The position numbers and the translations under genes were made by a program. Shown here piece after piece: positions 46,378 to 57,127 of a DNA stretch of 64,000 bases. Each line of letters starts with the position of its first letter. Position 1 is the first letter of the stretch. The notes under the pieces were generated by a model. That model saw only the letters and a list, made by a program, of their open reading frames with translations. It ran no database searches and was not told the origin of the DNA. The DNA is taken from the NCBI GenBank assembly GCA_049860595.1, contig CP187551.1. The stretch is one strand, 5' to 3'. This DNA comes from Methanocaldococcus sp. 16A. Lineage in GTDB: Archaea; AGJL01; Methanococci; Methanococcales; Methanocaldococcaceae.

Positions 46378-47160
46378 TTATAACTCCTCTAAACTCAAAT
46401 TTTTCAATCTTTCAGCAATGTAATCAATCATCTCCTTTAAATTCTTCATATTGTCAAAACCATCAATGATTTTTAAAAGTTCTTCCTCATCTTTATTTTT
46501 AAATTCTCTAACATATTTGATTAATAGAGGTAGAGCTCTTGTTAATTCATCAACTATTGTTATAGTGGATTTTCTTGCAGTTCTTGATAATGGATTTAAA
46601 TCAATAGCTATGACCTTTTTTCCCATATTAACTAAAGCTTCTGCTCTATCTCCATCTTCTAATGGAACTAAAACAACATCCGCACTAAATATTCCTTCTT
46701 CTGAAACCTTTCCCCTTAAACTATCCAAGTTTGGAATTCTTTTATTGGCATCATCAATACCCAAAATTTTTATCTTTCCTGTCTCTATATCCTCTCTAAA
46801 TTTCTCTTCAAATTCTTTTTTTATAGCCAACTCTCTCTCTTTAGTTCTATAAAATAAATTAACCTCTATCTTTCCATTCAGCTCTTTTGCAAGCTCAACA
46901 ACTTCATCTATTGCTAAAGCTACTGTGTTTCCATTAACACTTATTACTGGATTTTCAGCTAAAACTAATAAAGCAGAAGCAGCTTTTATTGCCTCCAATG
47001 CTATTGGTGTTGTTTTTTCCCCAATTAAATAGTCAAATGTCTCTCCTCTACCATGAGCTATTAGCCCAGCTTTAGCTAAAATCCCTTTATCTAATGCTTC
47101 AATAACTTTTTCTCTCTTCATTAAAGATTCATACCTTGGATGAGTTTTTGGAATCTCCAT
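46378..47160 (-). CDS. pps: 4-phosphopantoate--beta-alanine ligase
   Basis: [41 protein letters not shown]. Confidence 0.94.
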   Translation of the reverse strand: MEIPKTHPRYESLMKREKVIEALDKGILAKAGLIAHGRGETFDYLIGEKTTPIALEAIKAASALLVLAENPVISVNGNTVALAIDEVVELAKELNGKIEVNLFYRTKERELAIKKEFEEKFREDIETGKIKILGIDDANKRIPNLDSLRGKVSEEGIFSADVVLVPLEDGDRAEALVNMGKKVIAIDLNPLSRTARKSTITIVDELTRALPLLIKYVREFKNKDEEELLKIIDGFDNMKNLKEMIDYIAERLKNLSLEEL

Positions 47161-47235
47161 TAGGTATCACCAAGTTTTTATATGGTTGTTTGTAATAAAA
47201 CTTTTTGTATATAAGATAATATTTAAGGTGGTAAA

Positions 47236-48333
47236 ATGAAACTACATGAATATGAGGCAAAGAAAATATTTAAAGAGTATGGAATACCTGTTCCAGAAAG
47301 TTTTTTAATAAATAAAGGAGATGATTTAAACAGCATAAATGTTGATAAAGAAGTTGTTTTAAAAGCTCAGGTTTTAGTTGGTGGAAGAGGAAAAGCAGGA
47401 GGGATTTTATTCGCATCAAACAAAGAAGAATTTATAAAAAAGGCTGAAGAATTGTTTAACAAAGAAATTAAAGGAGAAAAAGTAGAAAAAATTTTAGTTG
47501 AAGAAAAATTACCAATAGAGAAAGAATACTATATATCAATTATTATTGATAGAGATGCTAAAAAACCGTTAGTTATTTTCTCAACTAAAGGAGGAGTAGA
47601 TATTGAAGAAGTTGCAGAAAGAGAGCCAGAAAAGATTATAAAGTATCACATTGATGTTAAAAAACCTTTCCTACCATATATAGCGAGATGGATAGTTAAA
47701 GATGCTAAGTTACCAAGTAATGAGATAGGAAAGGTTGCTGATGTAATTTATAAATTATACAAAATCTTTAAAGATTTAGATGCAACAATGGTTGAAATAA
47801 ATCCTTTAGTTATAACTAAGGATGGAAATGTCTATGCCGCTGATGCTGTCCTTCATTTAGATGATGATGCAGCATTTAGACATAATTATGAGATATTTGA
47901 AGAATATAAAAACAAAGAAAAATTGCCATTTGCGTATGTTGAATTAGATGGAGATGTAGCTGTTATAGGTAATGGGGCTGGTTTAACATTAGCAAGTATG
48001 GATGTAATTAACAACCTCGGCAGAAAACCAGCTTGCTTCTTAGACATTGGTGGAGGAGCTGATACTGAAACAGTAAAATTAGCTTTAAGAAAAGTTTTAG
48101 AGAATAAAAATGTTAAAGGTATATTTATCAATATCTTAGGAGGAATTACAAGATGTGATGAAGTTGCCAAGGGAATAGTTGAGGTTTTAAAAGAACATCC
48201 AAACGTAAAGTTTGCTGTTAGAATGATGGGAACTAATGAGGAAATCGGTAGAAAAATTTTAGAAGAACATGGAATTCCTTATGAAACATCAATGGAAGAG
48301 GCTGGAAAAAAATTAATCGAATCATTAAGTTAA
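47236..48333 (+). CDS. sucC: Succinyl-CoA synthetase beta subunit
   Basis: MKLHEYEAK, KAQVLVGGRGKAGG, GNGAGL, GGITRCD. Confidence 0.96.
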   Translation: MKLHEYEAKKIFKEYGIPVPESFLINKGDDLNSINVDKEVVLKAQVLVGGRGKAGGILFASNKEEFIKKAEELFNKEIKGEKVEKILVEEKLPIEKEYYISIIIDRDAKKPLVIFSTKGGVDIEEVAEREPEKIIKYHIDVKKPFLPYIARWIVKDAKLPSNEIGKVADVIYKLYKIFKDLDATMVEINPLVITKDGNVYAADAVLHLDDDAAFRHNYEIFEEYKNKEKLPFAYVELDGDVAVIGNGAGLTLASMDVINNLGRKPACFLDIGGGADTETVKLALRKVLENKNVKGIFINILGGITRCDEVAKGIVEVLKEHPNVKFAVRMMGTNEEIGRKILEEHGIPYETSMEEAGKKLIESLS

Positions 48334-48338
48334 TTTAA

Positions 48339-48412
48339 TATGACTTTCGCAGTTTATGTATTTAATAAGGTATTTATGATGCCTTATTATATTTATTCCT
48401 ACGAAAGTCCTA
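48339..48412. mobile_element. MITE-like repeat family A (short)
   Basis: TATGACTTTCGCAGTTTAT...TTTATTCCTACGAAAGTCCTA. Confidence 0.82.
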
Positions 48413-48472
48413 TAATAAGCTAATAAACTAAAGAGCAATATTTAATTTTTTTAATTAATTTTTGGTGAAATA

Positions 48473-49408
48473 ATGATATTAGTTACTGGAGGAGCAGGTT
48501 TTATTGGTAGCCATATTGTAGATAAGCTCATTGAAAATAATTATGATGTAACTATTTTAGACAATTTAACTACAGGAAATAAAAATAATATAAATCCAAT
48601 GGCAGAGTTTGTAAATGCAGATATTAGGGATAAAGATTTAGATGAAAAGATTAATTTTAAAGATGTCGAAGTTGTTATTCATCAAGCAGCTCAGATAAAT
48701 GTTAGAAGCTCTGTTGAAAATCCAATATATGATGGAGATATCAACATTTTAGGGACAATAAATATCTTAGAGTTTATGAGAAAGTATGACATAAATAAAA
48801 TTATATTTTCATCATCTGGAGGAGCGGTTTATGGAGAACCAAACTATCTCCCAGTAGATGAAAATCATCCAATAAACCCACTATCCCCTTATGGACTAAG
48901 CAAATATGTTGGAGAGGAATATATAAAGCTATATAATCGCCTCTATGGGATTGAATATGCAATTTTAAGATACTCAAATGTTTTTGGTGAGAGGCAGGAC
49001 CCAAAAGGAGAGGCTGGAGTTATAAGCATATTTATTGACAAGATGTTAAAAAATCAAAACCCAATTATTTTTGGAGATGGTAACCAAACAAGAGATTTTG
49101 TCTATGTTGGAGATGTTGCAAAAGCAAATATTATGGCACTAAATTGGAAAAATGAAATTGTTAATATAGGAACTGGAAATGAGACATCAGTAAATGAATT
49201 ATTTAATATAATAAAAAATGAAATTGGGTTTAAAGGAAATGCAATATATGATAAACCAAGAGAAGGAGAGGTTTATAGAATTTATTTAAATATAGATAAA
49301 GCAAAGTCATTAGGTTGGGAGCCAGAGGTTGATTTGAAAGAAGGGATAAAGAGAGTTGTTAATTGGATGAAAAACTATAAAGGGAAACACTTTTATTCCA
49401 AAATTTAA
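48473..49408 (+). CDS. galE: UDP-glucose 4-epimerase-like extended SDR
   Basis: TGGAGFIG, YGLSK, GDGNQTRDFVYV. Confidence 0.88.
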   Translation: MILVTGGAGFIGSHIVDKLIENNYDVTILDNLTTGNKNNINPMAEFVNADIRDKDLDEKINFKDVEVVIHQAAQINVRSSVENPIYDGDINILGTINILEFMRKYDINKIIFSSSGGAVYGEPNYLPVDENHPINPLSPYGLSKYVGEEYIKLYNRLYGIEYAILRYSNVFGERQDPKGEAGVISIFIDKMLKNQNPIIFGDGNQTRDFVYVGDVAKANIMALNWKNEIVNIGTGNETSVNELFNIIKNEIGFKGNAIYDKPREGEVYRIYLNIDKAKSLGWEPEVDLKEGIKRVVNWMKNYKGKHFYSKI

Positions 49409-49449
49409 TATAGCATATCCAATAATTTTGATGAACCTTTTTCTAAAAG

Positions 49450-49544
49450 CATAGAGGGAAACCCTCTATTGCTATACTCCCTAACACCTCTGCCTTTGGC
49501 AGAGGTGTAAATTTTGGGTATACCAATAGGGCGAAGCCCTATGG
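49450..49544. mobile_element. Complete family C element with 9-bp target duplication (TTCTAAAAG at 49441-49449 and 49545-49553)
   Basis: CATAGAGGGAAACCCTCTATTGCTATAC...ACACCTCTGCCTTTGGCAGAGGTGT...GTATACCAATAGGGCGAAGCCCTATGG. Confidence 0.88.
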
Positions 49545-49631
49545 TTCTAAAAGTTTCGATGAAAAATATAAATAGGTAATGGAGTTAATTTTATATGCAT
49601 TTATACAACAGATATCAGATAGGTTGAGAGT

Positions 49632-49895
49632 ATGGATAATGTAGTGTTAATAGGGAAAAAGCCAGTGATGAACTACGTCGTAGCAGTTCTAACACAGTTA
49701 ACAAGTAACGATGAAGTGATAATAAAAGCAAGAGGAAAGGCTATTAATAAAGCAGTGGATGTTGCAGAGATGATAAGAAACAGATTTATAAAAGACATAA
49801 AAGTTAAGAAAATAGAAATAGGGACAGACAAGGTAAAAAACCCAGATGGGAGAGAAGTTAATGTCTCAACAATTGAAATCATTTTAGCTAAATAA
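49632..49895 (+). CDS. albA: Chromatin protein Alba
   Basis: [31 protein letters not shown]. Confidence 0.97.
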   Translation: MDNVVLIGKKPVMNYVVAVLTQLTSNDEVIIKARGKAINKAVDVAEMIRNRFIKDIKVKKIEIGTDKVKNPDGREVNVSTIEIILAK

Positions 49896-50006
49896 ATTTT
49901 TATAGTTCTTTTTTTATAATTGTTAATTGGAAATTCTTAATAAATTCTTATTTTATGGATATGCAATTTTTATTGCACAAAACTATAATTTAGAAAAGGT
50001 GTTATT

Positions 50007-50459
50007 ATGCTAAATTCTATAAAAATTAGTGCAATAGTACATGCTACAGAAGATGAAGATAAAGTTTTAGAGGCTATAGAGTTTATTATTCCACAAGATG
50101 TTGATGAGGAGAAAATAAACTTAGAAGTTGTTGAAACTCAAGGTTATTTTGGAAATCCTATAAAGATTATCAATATTAATGTTGAAGGAAAAGAAGCTAA
50201 GAAGATATTTAAACATGTTATAGATTTGATAAAATCAGATGAAAGAAATTTAAACAAATTGAAAAAAGATTTACACTTAAGAGTTGAGGATAACAAATTT
50301 TATATTAGATTTGACAAGCAAAGAGCTTATTTAGGAGAGTGTAGAGTTATAGATGGAGACGATGTTATAAGAGCTGTTTTTAATTTCAAAATATTTACTC
50401 CAAAAAATAAGGAAGAGAAAGTTAAGGAGATTATTACTAAAGAATTAGGGCTGGGATAA
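50007..50459 (+). CDS. DUF54-type RNA-binding protein
   Basis: VHATEDEDKV, GYFGNPI, RFDKQ. Confidence 0.88.
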   Translation: MLNSIKISAIVHATEDEDKVLEAIEFIIPQDVDEEKINLEVVETQGYFGNPIKIININVEGKEAKKIFKHVIDLIKSDERNLNKLKKDLHLRVEDNKFYIRFDKQRAYLGECRVIDGDDVIRAVFNFKIFTPKNKEEKVKEIITKELGLG

Positions 50460-50461
50460 AT

Positions 50462-50839
50462 ATGCATGAATTGTCCTATGCCACAGCTATGCTTGAGGCA
50501 ATTCTAAATAGTGTAAAAAAAGAAGAAGATAAAGGAAAAAAGATAAAAAAAGTTAGTGAAATTAACTTAGAAGTTGGAGAACTAACATTTATTAATGTTG
50601 AGCAGTTAAAATTTGCATTTGAAGTTATTGCAGAAGGAACTATATGCGAGAATGCTAAAATTAATGTTGAATTTATAAAACCAAAATGTAAATGCTTAGA
50701 TTGTGGATATGAAGGAGAGGCAGAGATAGTAGATGAGTTTGAAATATACTGCCCAAATTGTAAAAGTATAAGGTTGAAGTTATCTGGAGGTAAAGAGTTT
50801 AATATAAAAAATGCGACTGTTGAGTATGAAGAAGAATAA
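50462..50839 (+). CDS. hypA: Hydrogenase nickel chaperone HypA
   Basis: MHELS, CLDC, CPNC, GKEF. Confidence 0.96.
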   Translation: MHELSYATAMLEAILNSVKKEEDKGKKIKKVSEINLEVGELTFINVEQLKFAFEVIAEGTICENAKINVEFIKPKCKCLDCGYEGEAEIVDEFEIYCPNCKSIRLKLSGGKEFNIKNATVEYEEE

Positions 50840-50881
50840 AAATTAATAAAAAATAAAAAAGTAAGAAATTTAGCTATTTAT

Positions 50882-52279
50882 TTATTTTTTTCTATACTTT
50901 GGATGGTATTTCTCAATTAATTCTCTATCAACTCTTTTCAACTCTTCTTCTGGTAATATAGCTAACAACTCCCACAACAAGTCAAGAGTTTCTTCAATAC
51001 TTCTGTCTTCATCTTTTCCTTGTCTAACAAACTTATCTTCAAACTCATCTGCAAATCTTAAGTATGCTCTATCTCTATCTGTCAATGCCTCTTCCCCAAC
51101 GACAGCAACTAAATCTCTTAAACTTCTACCTTCTGCATATGCAGCATAAGCCTGGTTAATAACTTTCTTGTGGTCTTCTCTTGTTTTTCCTGGACCTTGT
51201 CCGTTTCCAGCCAATCTTGATAATGATGGAAGGACATCAACTGGTGGATAAATCCCCTTTCTGTGCAATTCTCTTGAGAGAACAATCTGTCCCTCTGTAA
51301 TATAACCAGTTAAGTCAGGGATTGGGTGGGTAATATCGTCATCTGGCATTGTTAAGATTGGAATTTGAGTAATTGTTCCAACTCTTCCTTTAACCCTACC
51401 AGCTCTTTCGTATAAAGTTGCCAAGTCAGTATACATGTAACCTGGGTAACCCCTTCTTCCTGGAACCTCGTTTCTTGCGGCTGATATCTCCCTTAAAGCC
51501 TCACAGTAGTTTGTCATATCTGTTAGGATAACGAGAACGTGCATATCTTTCTCATAAGCTAAGTATTCAGCAACAGTTAAAGCAATTCTTGGTGTTAAGA
51601 TTCTTTCAATTGCAGGGTCGTTTGCCAAGTTAATGAAGACAACAGCTCTCTCTAAAGCTCCAGTTTTTCTAAACTCTTCCATGAAAAAGTTAGCCTCCTC
51701 TGATGTAATACCCATTGCCGCGAAAACTACTGCGAACTTCTCTCCTTCTCCTCTAACCTTTGCCTGTCTTGCAATCTGAGCTGCCAATTGGTTGTGTGGC
51801 AAACCAGAACCTGAGAATATCGGTAATTTCTGCCCTCTAACTAATGTGTTCATTCCATCGATTGTTGAAATACCTGTTTGGATGAAATCACTTGGAACCT
51901 TTCTTGAAACTGGGTTTAATGGGTAACCGTTAATATCCAACTCTTTCTCAGGAACTATTTCTGGTCCTCCATCAATTGGTTTTCCTCTACCATTAAATAT
52001 TCTTCCAAGCATCTCCATTGAAACTCCAATCTTAGCAGTTTTTCCTGTAAATCTTACTTTTGTTTGGTTTGTACTCAACCCAGTTGTCCCCTCAAATACC
52101 TGAACAACTGCCAATCCTTCTCTTGCCTCTAAAACTTGCCCCATTCTCTTCTCTCCATCTGGAGTAATAACTTCAACAATCTCTCCATAAGCTGCTCCTT
52201 CAACACCTTCAACAATTAACAATGGCCCTGCGATACTCTTAACTGATGAGTACTCAATTGCTGATGTAGTTGCTGCCAC
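50882..52279 (-). CDS. atpB: A1A0 ATP synthase subunit B
   Basis: [28 protein letters not shown]; likely GTG start at 52279. Confidence 0.98.
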   Translation of the reverse strand: MAATTSAIEYSSVKSIAGPLLIVEGVEGAAYGEIVEVITPDGEKRMGQVLEAREGLAVVQVFEGTTGLSTNQTKVRFTGKTAKIGVSMEMLGRIFNGRGKPIDGGPEIVPEKELDINGYPLNPVSRKVPSDFIQTGISTIDGMNTLVRGQKLPIFSGSGLPHNQLAAQIARQAKVRGEGEKFAVVFAAMGITSEEANFFMEEFRKTGALERAVVFINLANDPAIERILTPRIALTVAEYLAYEKDMHVLVILTDMTNYCEALREISAARNEVPGRRGYPGYMYTDLATLYERAGRVKGRVGTITQIPILTMPDDDITHPIPDLTGYITEGQIVLSRELHRKGIYPPVDVLPSLSRLAGNGQGPGKTREDHKKVINQAYAAYAEGRSLRDLVAVVGEEALTDRDRAYLRFADEFEDKFVRQGKDEDRSIEETLDLLWELLAILPEEELKRVDRELIEKYHPKYRKK

Positions 52280-52367
52280 TTTCATCACCTCAATAAAAAG
52301 TTTGTAAAGTTAAATAGGATGTAGTTTAAAAGGAAATTTAGTTTTTAGCTAATTGATATTAGCTAAT

Positions 52368-54131
52368 TTAGTTTAATGAACCTAATTCATTCTTAACTTT
52401 CTCCATAATCTCTTTTGATTTAACATTTATGAATTCATCGTGTGGGATATATTTCATTCTTGCAATATCTTGCTTAACTGAAACTTTCAATATTTTAGCT
52501 GGGTCAACTCCTCTTTCAACAGCTTTCAATGCCTCTTGGTAGAATGTCATAATTATCTTTAACATTAAGTATTGCTTCATTGGAGGGCAGTATGTATCTA
52601 CTTCATCAAATGCATCTTGCTGTAAGAAATCTTCTCTTAGCATTCTTGCTACTTCTAAGATAACTCTCTCCCTATCTGGCAATGCATCTGGCCCGACTAA
52701 CTGAACAATCTCTTGCAACTCTGCTTCTTTCTGCAACAATCCCATTGCTTCATCTCTTAACTGTCTCCAATCTGGTCCAGTATTTGTGTTCCACCACTCT
52801 GTAACGTCATCAACATATAATGAATAACTCTGCAACCAGTTAATAGCTGGGAAGTGTCTTCTTCTTGCTAAGTTAGCATCTAACGCCCAGAATACCTTAA
52901 CAATTCTTAGTGTGTTTGATGTAACTGGTTCTGAGAAGTCCCCTCCTGGTGGTGAAACTGCCCCAACAATTGAAACGAATCCTTCTCTGTTGTCTTTTCC
53001 TAAACAGATAACTCTTCCAGCTCTTTCATAGAACTGAGCCAATCTTGAAGCTAAGTATGCTGGATATCCTTCTTCCCCTGGCATCTCTTCCAATCTACCA
53101 GAAATCTCTCTCATTGCCTCTGCCCATCTTGATGTTGAATCTGCTGTTAATAAAACCCCGTAACCCATATCTCTAAAGTACTCTGCAATTGTAATTCCTG
53201 TATAGACAGAAGCTTCCCTTGCAGCGACAGGCATGTTTGATGTGTTTGCAATTAATACAGTTCTATCCATCAATTTGTTTCCTGTCTTAATATCCTCTAA
53301 GTGTGGGAATTCTTCAGTAACCTCTGTCATCTCGTTTCCTCTTTCTCCACATCCAATATAAACGACAACGTCAGCATCACTCCACTTAGCTAATTGATGC
53401 TGAGTAACTGTTTTTCCAGAACCGAATGGACCTGGAATTGCTGCTGTTCCTCCCTTAGCTAAGGTGAAGAATGTATCCTCTACTCTTTGTCCTGTAATCA
53501 TTGGGATTTTTGGAGGTAACTTCTCTTTATATGGTCTTCCTTTTCTTACAGGCCATTTTTGCATCATTGTTAATTCTTTTCTTTCTCCATTCTCTAATTC
53601 AACAACTGCAACAGTCTCTTCAACAGTGAATTTTCCTTCTTTTATTTCAACAATTTTTCCTTTAACTCCAACAGGTACTAAGATTTTGTGAACTATTGAA
53701 GGGGTTTCATCAACAGTACCAATGATGTCTCCTTCTTCAACATAATCTCCTTCATTTACAACTGGCTTAAATTCCCATTTTATATCTCTTGATAGTGCAG
53801 GGACATCAACACCTCTTGGGATAAAGATTGAACCAGTTTTCTCTTCAATTGCTGTCAAAGGTCTTTGAATACCATCATACATCGCTCTTAACATTCCTGG
53901 ACCCAATTCAACTGATAATGGAGCACCAGTCCCAACAACTGGCTCTCCTGGCTTAATTCCAGAAGTCTCCTCATAAACCTGAATAACTGCCCTATCATCT
54001 TGCAACTGAATGATTTCTCCAGTTAATTTCTCTTCTCCTACCTTAACGACCTCATACATCTGAGCTCCTTTCATTCCTTCTGCAACTACAACAGGTCCAG
54101 CAATTTTGATAATCTTACCAACAACTGGCAT
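52368..54131 (-). CDS. atpA: A1A0 ATP synthase subunit A (no intein)
   Basis: [27 protein letters not shown]. Confidence 0.98.
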   Translation of the reverse strand: MPVVGKIIKIAGPVVVAEGMKGAQMYEVVKVGEEKLTGEIIQLQDDRAVIQVYEETSGIKPGEPVVGTGAPLSVELGPGMLRAMYDGIQRPLTAIEEKTGSIFIPRGVDVPALSRDIKWEFKPVVNEGDYVEEGDIIGTVDETPSIVHKILVPVGVKGKIVEIKEGKFTVEETVAVVELENGERKELTMMQKWPVRKGRPYKEKLPPKIPMITGQRVEDTFFTLAKGGTAAIPGPFGSGKTVTQHQLAKWSDADVVVYIGCGERGNEMTEVTEEFPHLEDIKTGNKLMDRTVLIANTSNMPVAAREASVYTGITIAEYFRDMGYGVLLTADSTSRWAEAMREISGRLEEMPGEEGYPAYLASRLAQFYERAGRVICLGKDNREGFVSIVGAVSPPGGDFSEPVTSNTLRIVKVFWALDANLARRRHFPAINWLQSYSLYVDDVTEWWNTNTGPDWRQLRDEAMGLLQKEAELQEIVQLVGPDALPDRERVILEVARMLREDFLQQDAFDEVDTYCPPMKQYLMLKIIMTFYQEALKAVERGVDPAKILKVSVKQDIARMKYIPHDEFINVKSKEIMEKVKNELGSLN

Positions 54132-54212
54132 ACTCTCTACCTCACAGTCTATGTTTTATCCAACATTAAGATTTAAAGTATTATTTATAAGTTATTAAAT
54201 TTGTTATTTAGA

Positions 54213-54509
54213 TTATTTCATTGAAACTCCTACTGCTTTTCTTATTAACTCTTTAACTGGGTCTATTCTATCAAGTTTACCATGCTTATCTGGAATTTCA
54301 ACAATAACCTTATCTATATTTTTTATTTTATCTTTTATACTTTCAGCAATCCTTTCTGTGATAATTATAAATGCAATATTTTCATTGTTTGCAAGCTCAT
54401 TGACTGCTTTAACTGCTTCTTCATCATTTTTAACTTCATAAACATCAGTTAAACCAGCCAATCTGAAACCAATGGCTGTTTCTCTATCGCCAACAACACC
54501 TATTTTCAT
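54213..54509 (-). CDS. atpF: A1A0 ATP synthase subunit F
   Basis: GDRETAIGFRLAG, IRKAVG. Confidence 0.96.
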   Translation of the reverse strand: MKIGVVGDRETAIGFRLAGLTDVYEVKNDEEAVKAVNELANNENIAFIIITERIAESIKDKIKNIDKVIVEIPDKHGKLDRIDPVKELIRKAVGVSMK

Positions 54510-54518
54510 TTACCTCAC

Positions 54519-55718
54519 CTATAAAGATATAAGCAAGCTTCTTATTTCTTCTGGCTTTAAGTTTTCTATTTTACCTTTTATTATTGCCTTAAGGTTTTTA
54601 ACTTCAAGCTCTTTGCTAACAATTAAACCAATAATTGGACCTACACCAAATGGTTTTCTTGTTGATAACTTCTTACCTTTTTCTAATACAAATTTATCCA
54701 ATGCCTTTTCAAATGCATAAATTGATTTGGTTTTTTCAAATTCTTCCATAGCTTCAGATAAAACTTCAGCATAGCTTGTTCCTTCTAAACCGCTTAAAAC
54801 TCCCTCTATTCCACCAGCACTCATTAAATCTTTTAACTTCCAATCTGCCAACTCATAGCCAGTTAGAGTAACATATTTACTGAGCTCATCTGCTGACAAA
54901 CCATCTGCTTTACCTTTTAATATAACTTTTAAGTTTTCTACATCAATTAATGTCCCTACAAATTCTCTAAATAAGTCCTCTTCCTTACCTTCAGTCATTA
55001 TTGTTTTTCTTAAGCTATCTAAGTAGTATTTATCTAATGCCAACTCAAATCCTATTATGTTAGATGTTTGTTCATAGTTTGACAGTTCCTCTTGCAATAC
55101 CTTAAAGTATTCTGTTCCATCTAAACCTCTAACAACTTCCTCAACTGTTTTAACTTCACTAAGCTCTTTTAATTTTTCGACTGGTATGTTTCCTAATGGA
55201 ATTAATAAGCTGTATGTTTCTTCAGCATTTAAACCTACAAACTTAGCTCTTATTAATGTTTTTATATTTTTAATGTCAAACTTCTTAGCAAAGACCTTTA
55301 AAACTTTCTTTGCACCATCTGGTGATATTCTGAATATTAAAGCATACAAGTCAGCTAAATACATGTCTAATGCCTTTTCAACAGCAACAGGATCTTTTAA
55401 TTCATTCATAACCTCTGCAACATACTGCCCATAATCAGTATCTTCTAACAATCCAACTAACTCCTCTAAGCTCCCAGATTCAATTAATTCATTTAACTTG
55501 GCATCATCAAGTAATCTTGCTTCTCTACTTCTTATTCTCGCATTGACATAAGCGTAAGGAGCTAAATCAATAACCATCTTTGTAATCCATACAATTACAA
55601 TAAGAACAATGATGACAGTTGCTATAACAATGAGCAATGTTAAAGGATTATCGAAATATGTCATTAATGTTGAATATAATGTTTTTAAATTTAATAAAGT
55701 CTCTATGTTTATCGCCAT
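54519..55718 (-). CDS. atpC: A1A0 ATP synthase subunit C (with N-terminal TM extension)
   Basis: YAYVNARIR, DIKNIKTLIRAK, EVKNLKAIIKGK. Confidence 0.95.
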   Translation of the reverse strand: MAINIETLLNLKTLYSTLMTYFDNPLTLLIVIATVIIVLIVIVWITKMVIDLAPYAYVNARIRSREARLLDDAKLNELIESGSLEELVGLLEDTDYGQYVAEVMNELKDPVAVEKALDMYLADLYALIFRISPDGAKKVLKVFAKKFDIKNIKTLIRAKFVGLNAEETYSLLIPLGNIPVEKLKELSEVKTVEEVVRGLDGTEYFKVLQEELSNYEQTSNIIGFELALDKYYLDSLRKTIMTEGKEEDLFREFVGTLIDVENLKVILKGKADGLSADELSKYVTLTGYELADWKLKDLMSAGGIEGVLSGLEGTSYAEVLSEAMEEFEKTKSIYAFEKALDKFVLEKGKKLSTRKPFGVGPIIGLIVSKELEVKNLKAIIKGKIENLKPEEIRSLLISL

Positions 55719-55730
55719 TAGGCATCACCT

Positions 55731-56342
55731 TTAGAATAACTTCTCTGTGATTCTCGCCCTAATTACATTCAAGTTTCTATTAAATATCGCTTCTAAGCTG
55801 TTGTCTAATGATTTTAATCCATCAATAGTTTCTATTATACATCCTCCAGTAATATCTACAGGTTCCCCCTTTTTCAGTACAGTTACTTTTTTTGTCATGT
55901 TTTCAACTTCTTTTTCTAAATACCACAAAGTTGCATCATCAATAATTTCCATATCTCTTTTATTTAGTCTTACAACCAATTCTCCTCCTCCTAATGAGAC
56001 AGCTCCATCTCTTATTAAGTTTATTAACTTATCTTTATACTCTGGTTGTTCAGGCAATTTAACAAGCTCTTCTTTTAATTTTTCTATTGCCTTATCCATA
56101 ATCTCTTCTTTAGCTTCCAATAACTTTTTCTTTGCTTCTAATTTTGCCTCTGAAATAATTCTACTCTTAGTCATTTCTGCTTCTTTTTCTCCTTTCTTTA
56201 ATATCTCTGCTTTTCTTTTCTCTGCTTCTTCCCTTGCTTTCTCTAAGATTTTAGCTTTTTCTTCCTCTGCCTGTGCAATTATTTTATTAGCCTCTGCTTT
56301 AGCATCTTCCAATATCTTTGATTTTATTTTATCAACTCCCAT
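55731..56342 (-). CDS. atpE: A1A0 ATP synthase subunit E
   Basis: Coiled-coil N-terminus, GGCII, DNSLE. Confidence 0.95.
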   Translation of the reverse strand: MGVDKIKSKILEDAKAEANKIIAQAEEEKAKILEKAREEAEKRKAEILKKGEKEAEMTKSRIISEAKLEAKKKLLEAKEEIMDKAIEKLKEELVKLPEQPEYKDKLINLIRDGAVSLGGGELVVRLNKRDMEIIDDATLWYLEKEVENMTKKVTVLKKGEPVDITGGCIIETIDGLKSLDNSLEAIFNRNLNVIRARITEKLF

Positions 56343-56407
56343 CAATTTCACCTGTTAAGATTAAATTTAAAAATTTTTTATAAAGTTCAAAAAAGGATTT
56401 AGCTAAT

Positions 56408-57064
56408 TTAGACCATGAGCATGATTAAGATTGCTATCAACAAACCAAAGATAGCGAATGTCTCTGGCATAACCGCTAAAACCAATCCTTTACCCATTGC
56501 TTCTGGGTCCCTTGCAGTAGCTCCAATAGCTCCTGCAGCAGTAATACCCTGCCCAATACCAGAGAGACCAGCAAACCCAACTGCAAACCCTGCCCCTAAA
56601 GCAGCTATCTCTGTTGAACCTGGACCGCTAAAGACACCAACCAACAACAAGATAGCGATTAACAAACCATAGATAGCCTGGGTCTCTGGAAGGACAGAGA
56701 AAACCATTGCTTTACCGAATATGCTGTTGTCTTCAGCAACAGCTCCTAAACCTGCTGAAGCAGCTATTCCCTGACCAATAGCTGATAAACCTGCTAAACC
56801 AGCTGCCAAACCAGCTGCAAACATTGCCCAAGGTGAAGCAGTCTTAAATACAAACAAGATAAGGATTGCTACTAAGAATCCATACAAACCCTGTGTCTGT
56901 GGAAGTGCTTGGAAAACAATAGCTGTACCGAACTTATTAGGGTCTTCTGCAACAACTCCCGCTCCACTAGCTCCTGTAATTCCTGCCCCAATTCCTGAAC
57001 CTAAACCAGCAATACCTACTGCTAAACCTGCACCAATAGCTCCTAAGATTAAAGGGTCTACCAT
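56408..57064 (-). CDS. atpK: A1A0 ATP synthase proteolipid c/K, triplicated (6 TM)
   Basis: Three hairpins: LPQTQGLYG, LPETQAIYG, MPETFAIFG. Confidence 0.96.
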   Translation of the reverse strand: MVDPLILGAIGAGLAVGIAGLGSGIGAGITGASGAGVVAEDPNKFGTAIVFQALPQTQGLYGFLVAILILFVFKTASPWAMFAAGLAAGLAGLSAIGQGIAASAGLGAVAEDNSIFGKAMVFSVLPETQAIYGLLIAILLLVGVFSGPGSTEIAALGAGFAVGFAGLSGIGQGITAAGAIGATARDPEAMGKGLVLAVMPETFAIFGLLIAILIMLMV

Positions 57065-57127
57065 ACAATATCACCTCAATTTTATTAAGTTTTAAGTTGT
57101 ATTTTTTGTTTTTATATTTTATTGTCA

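Noticed and set aside
52368-54131. Intein in atpA (also checked lig)
   Set aside because: Normal lengths, continuous motifs, no intein signature.
55747-56358. Long antisense ORFs (also 12655-13164, 15907-16437, 38949-39341 and others)
   Set aside because: Shadows of real genes on the opposite strand; Ser/Phe/Leu-rich with no family motifs.
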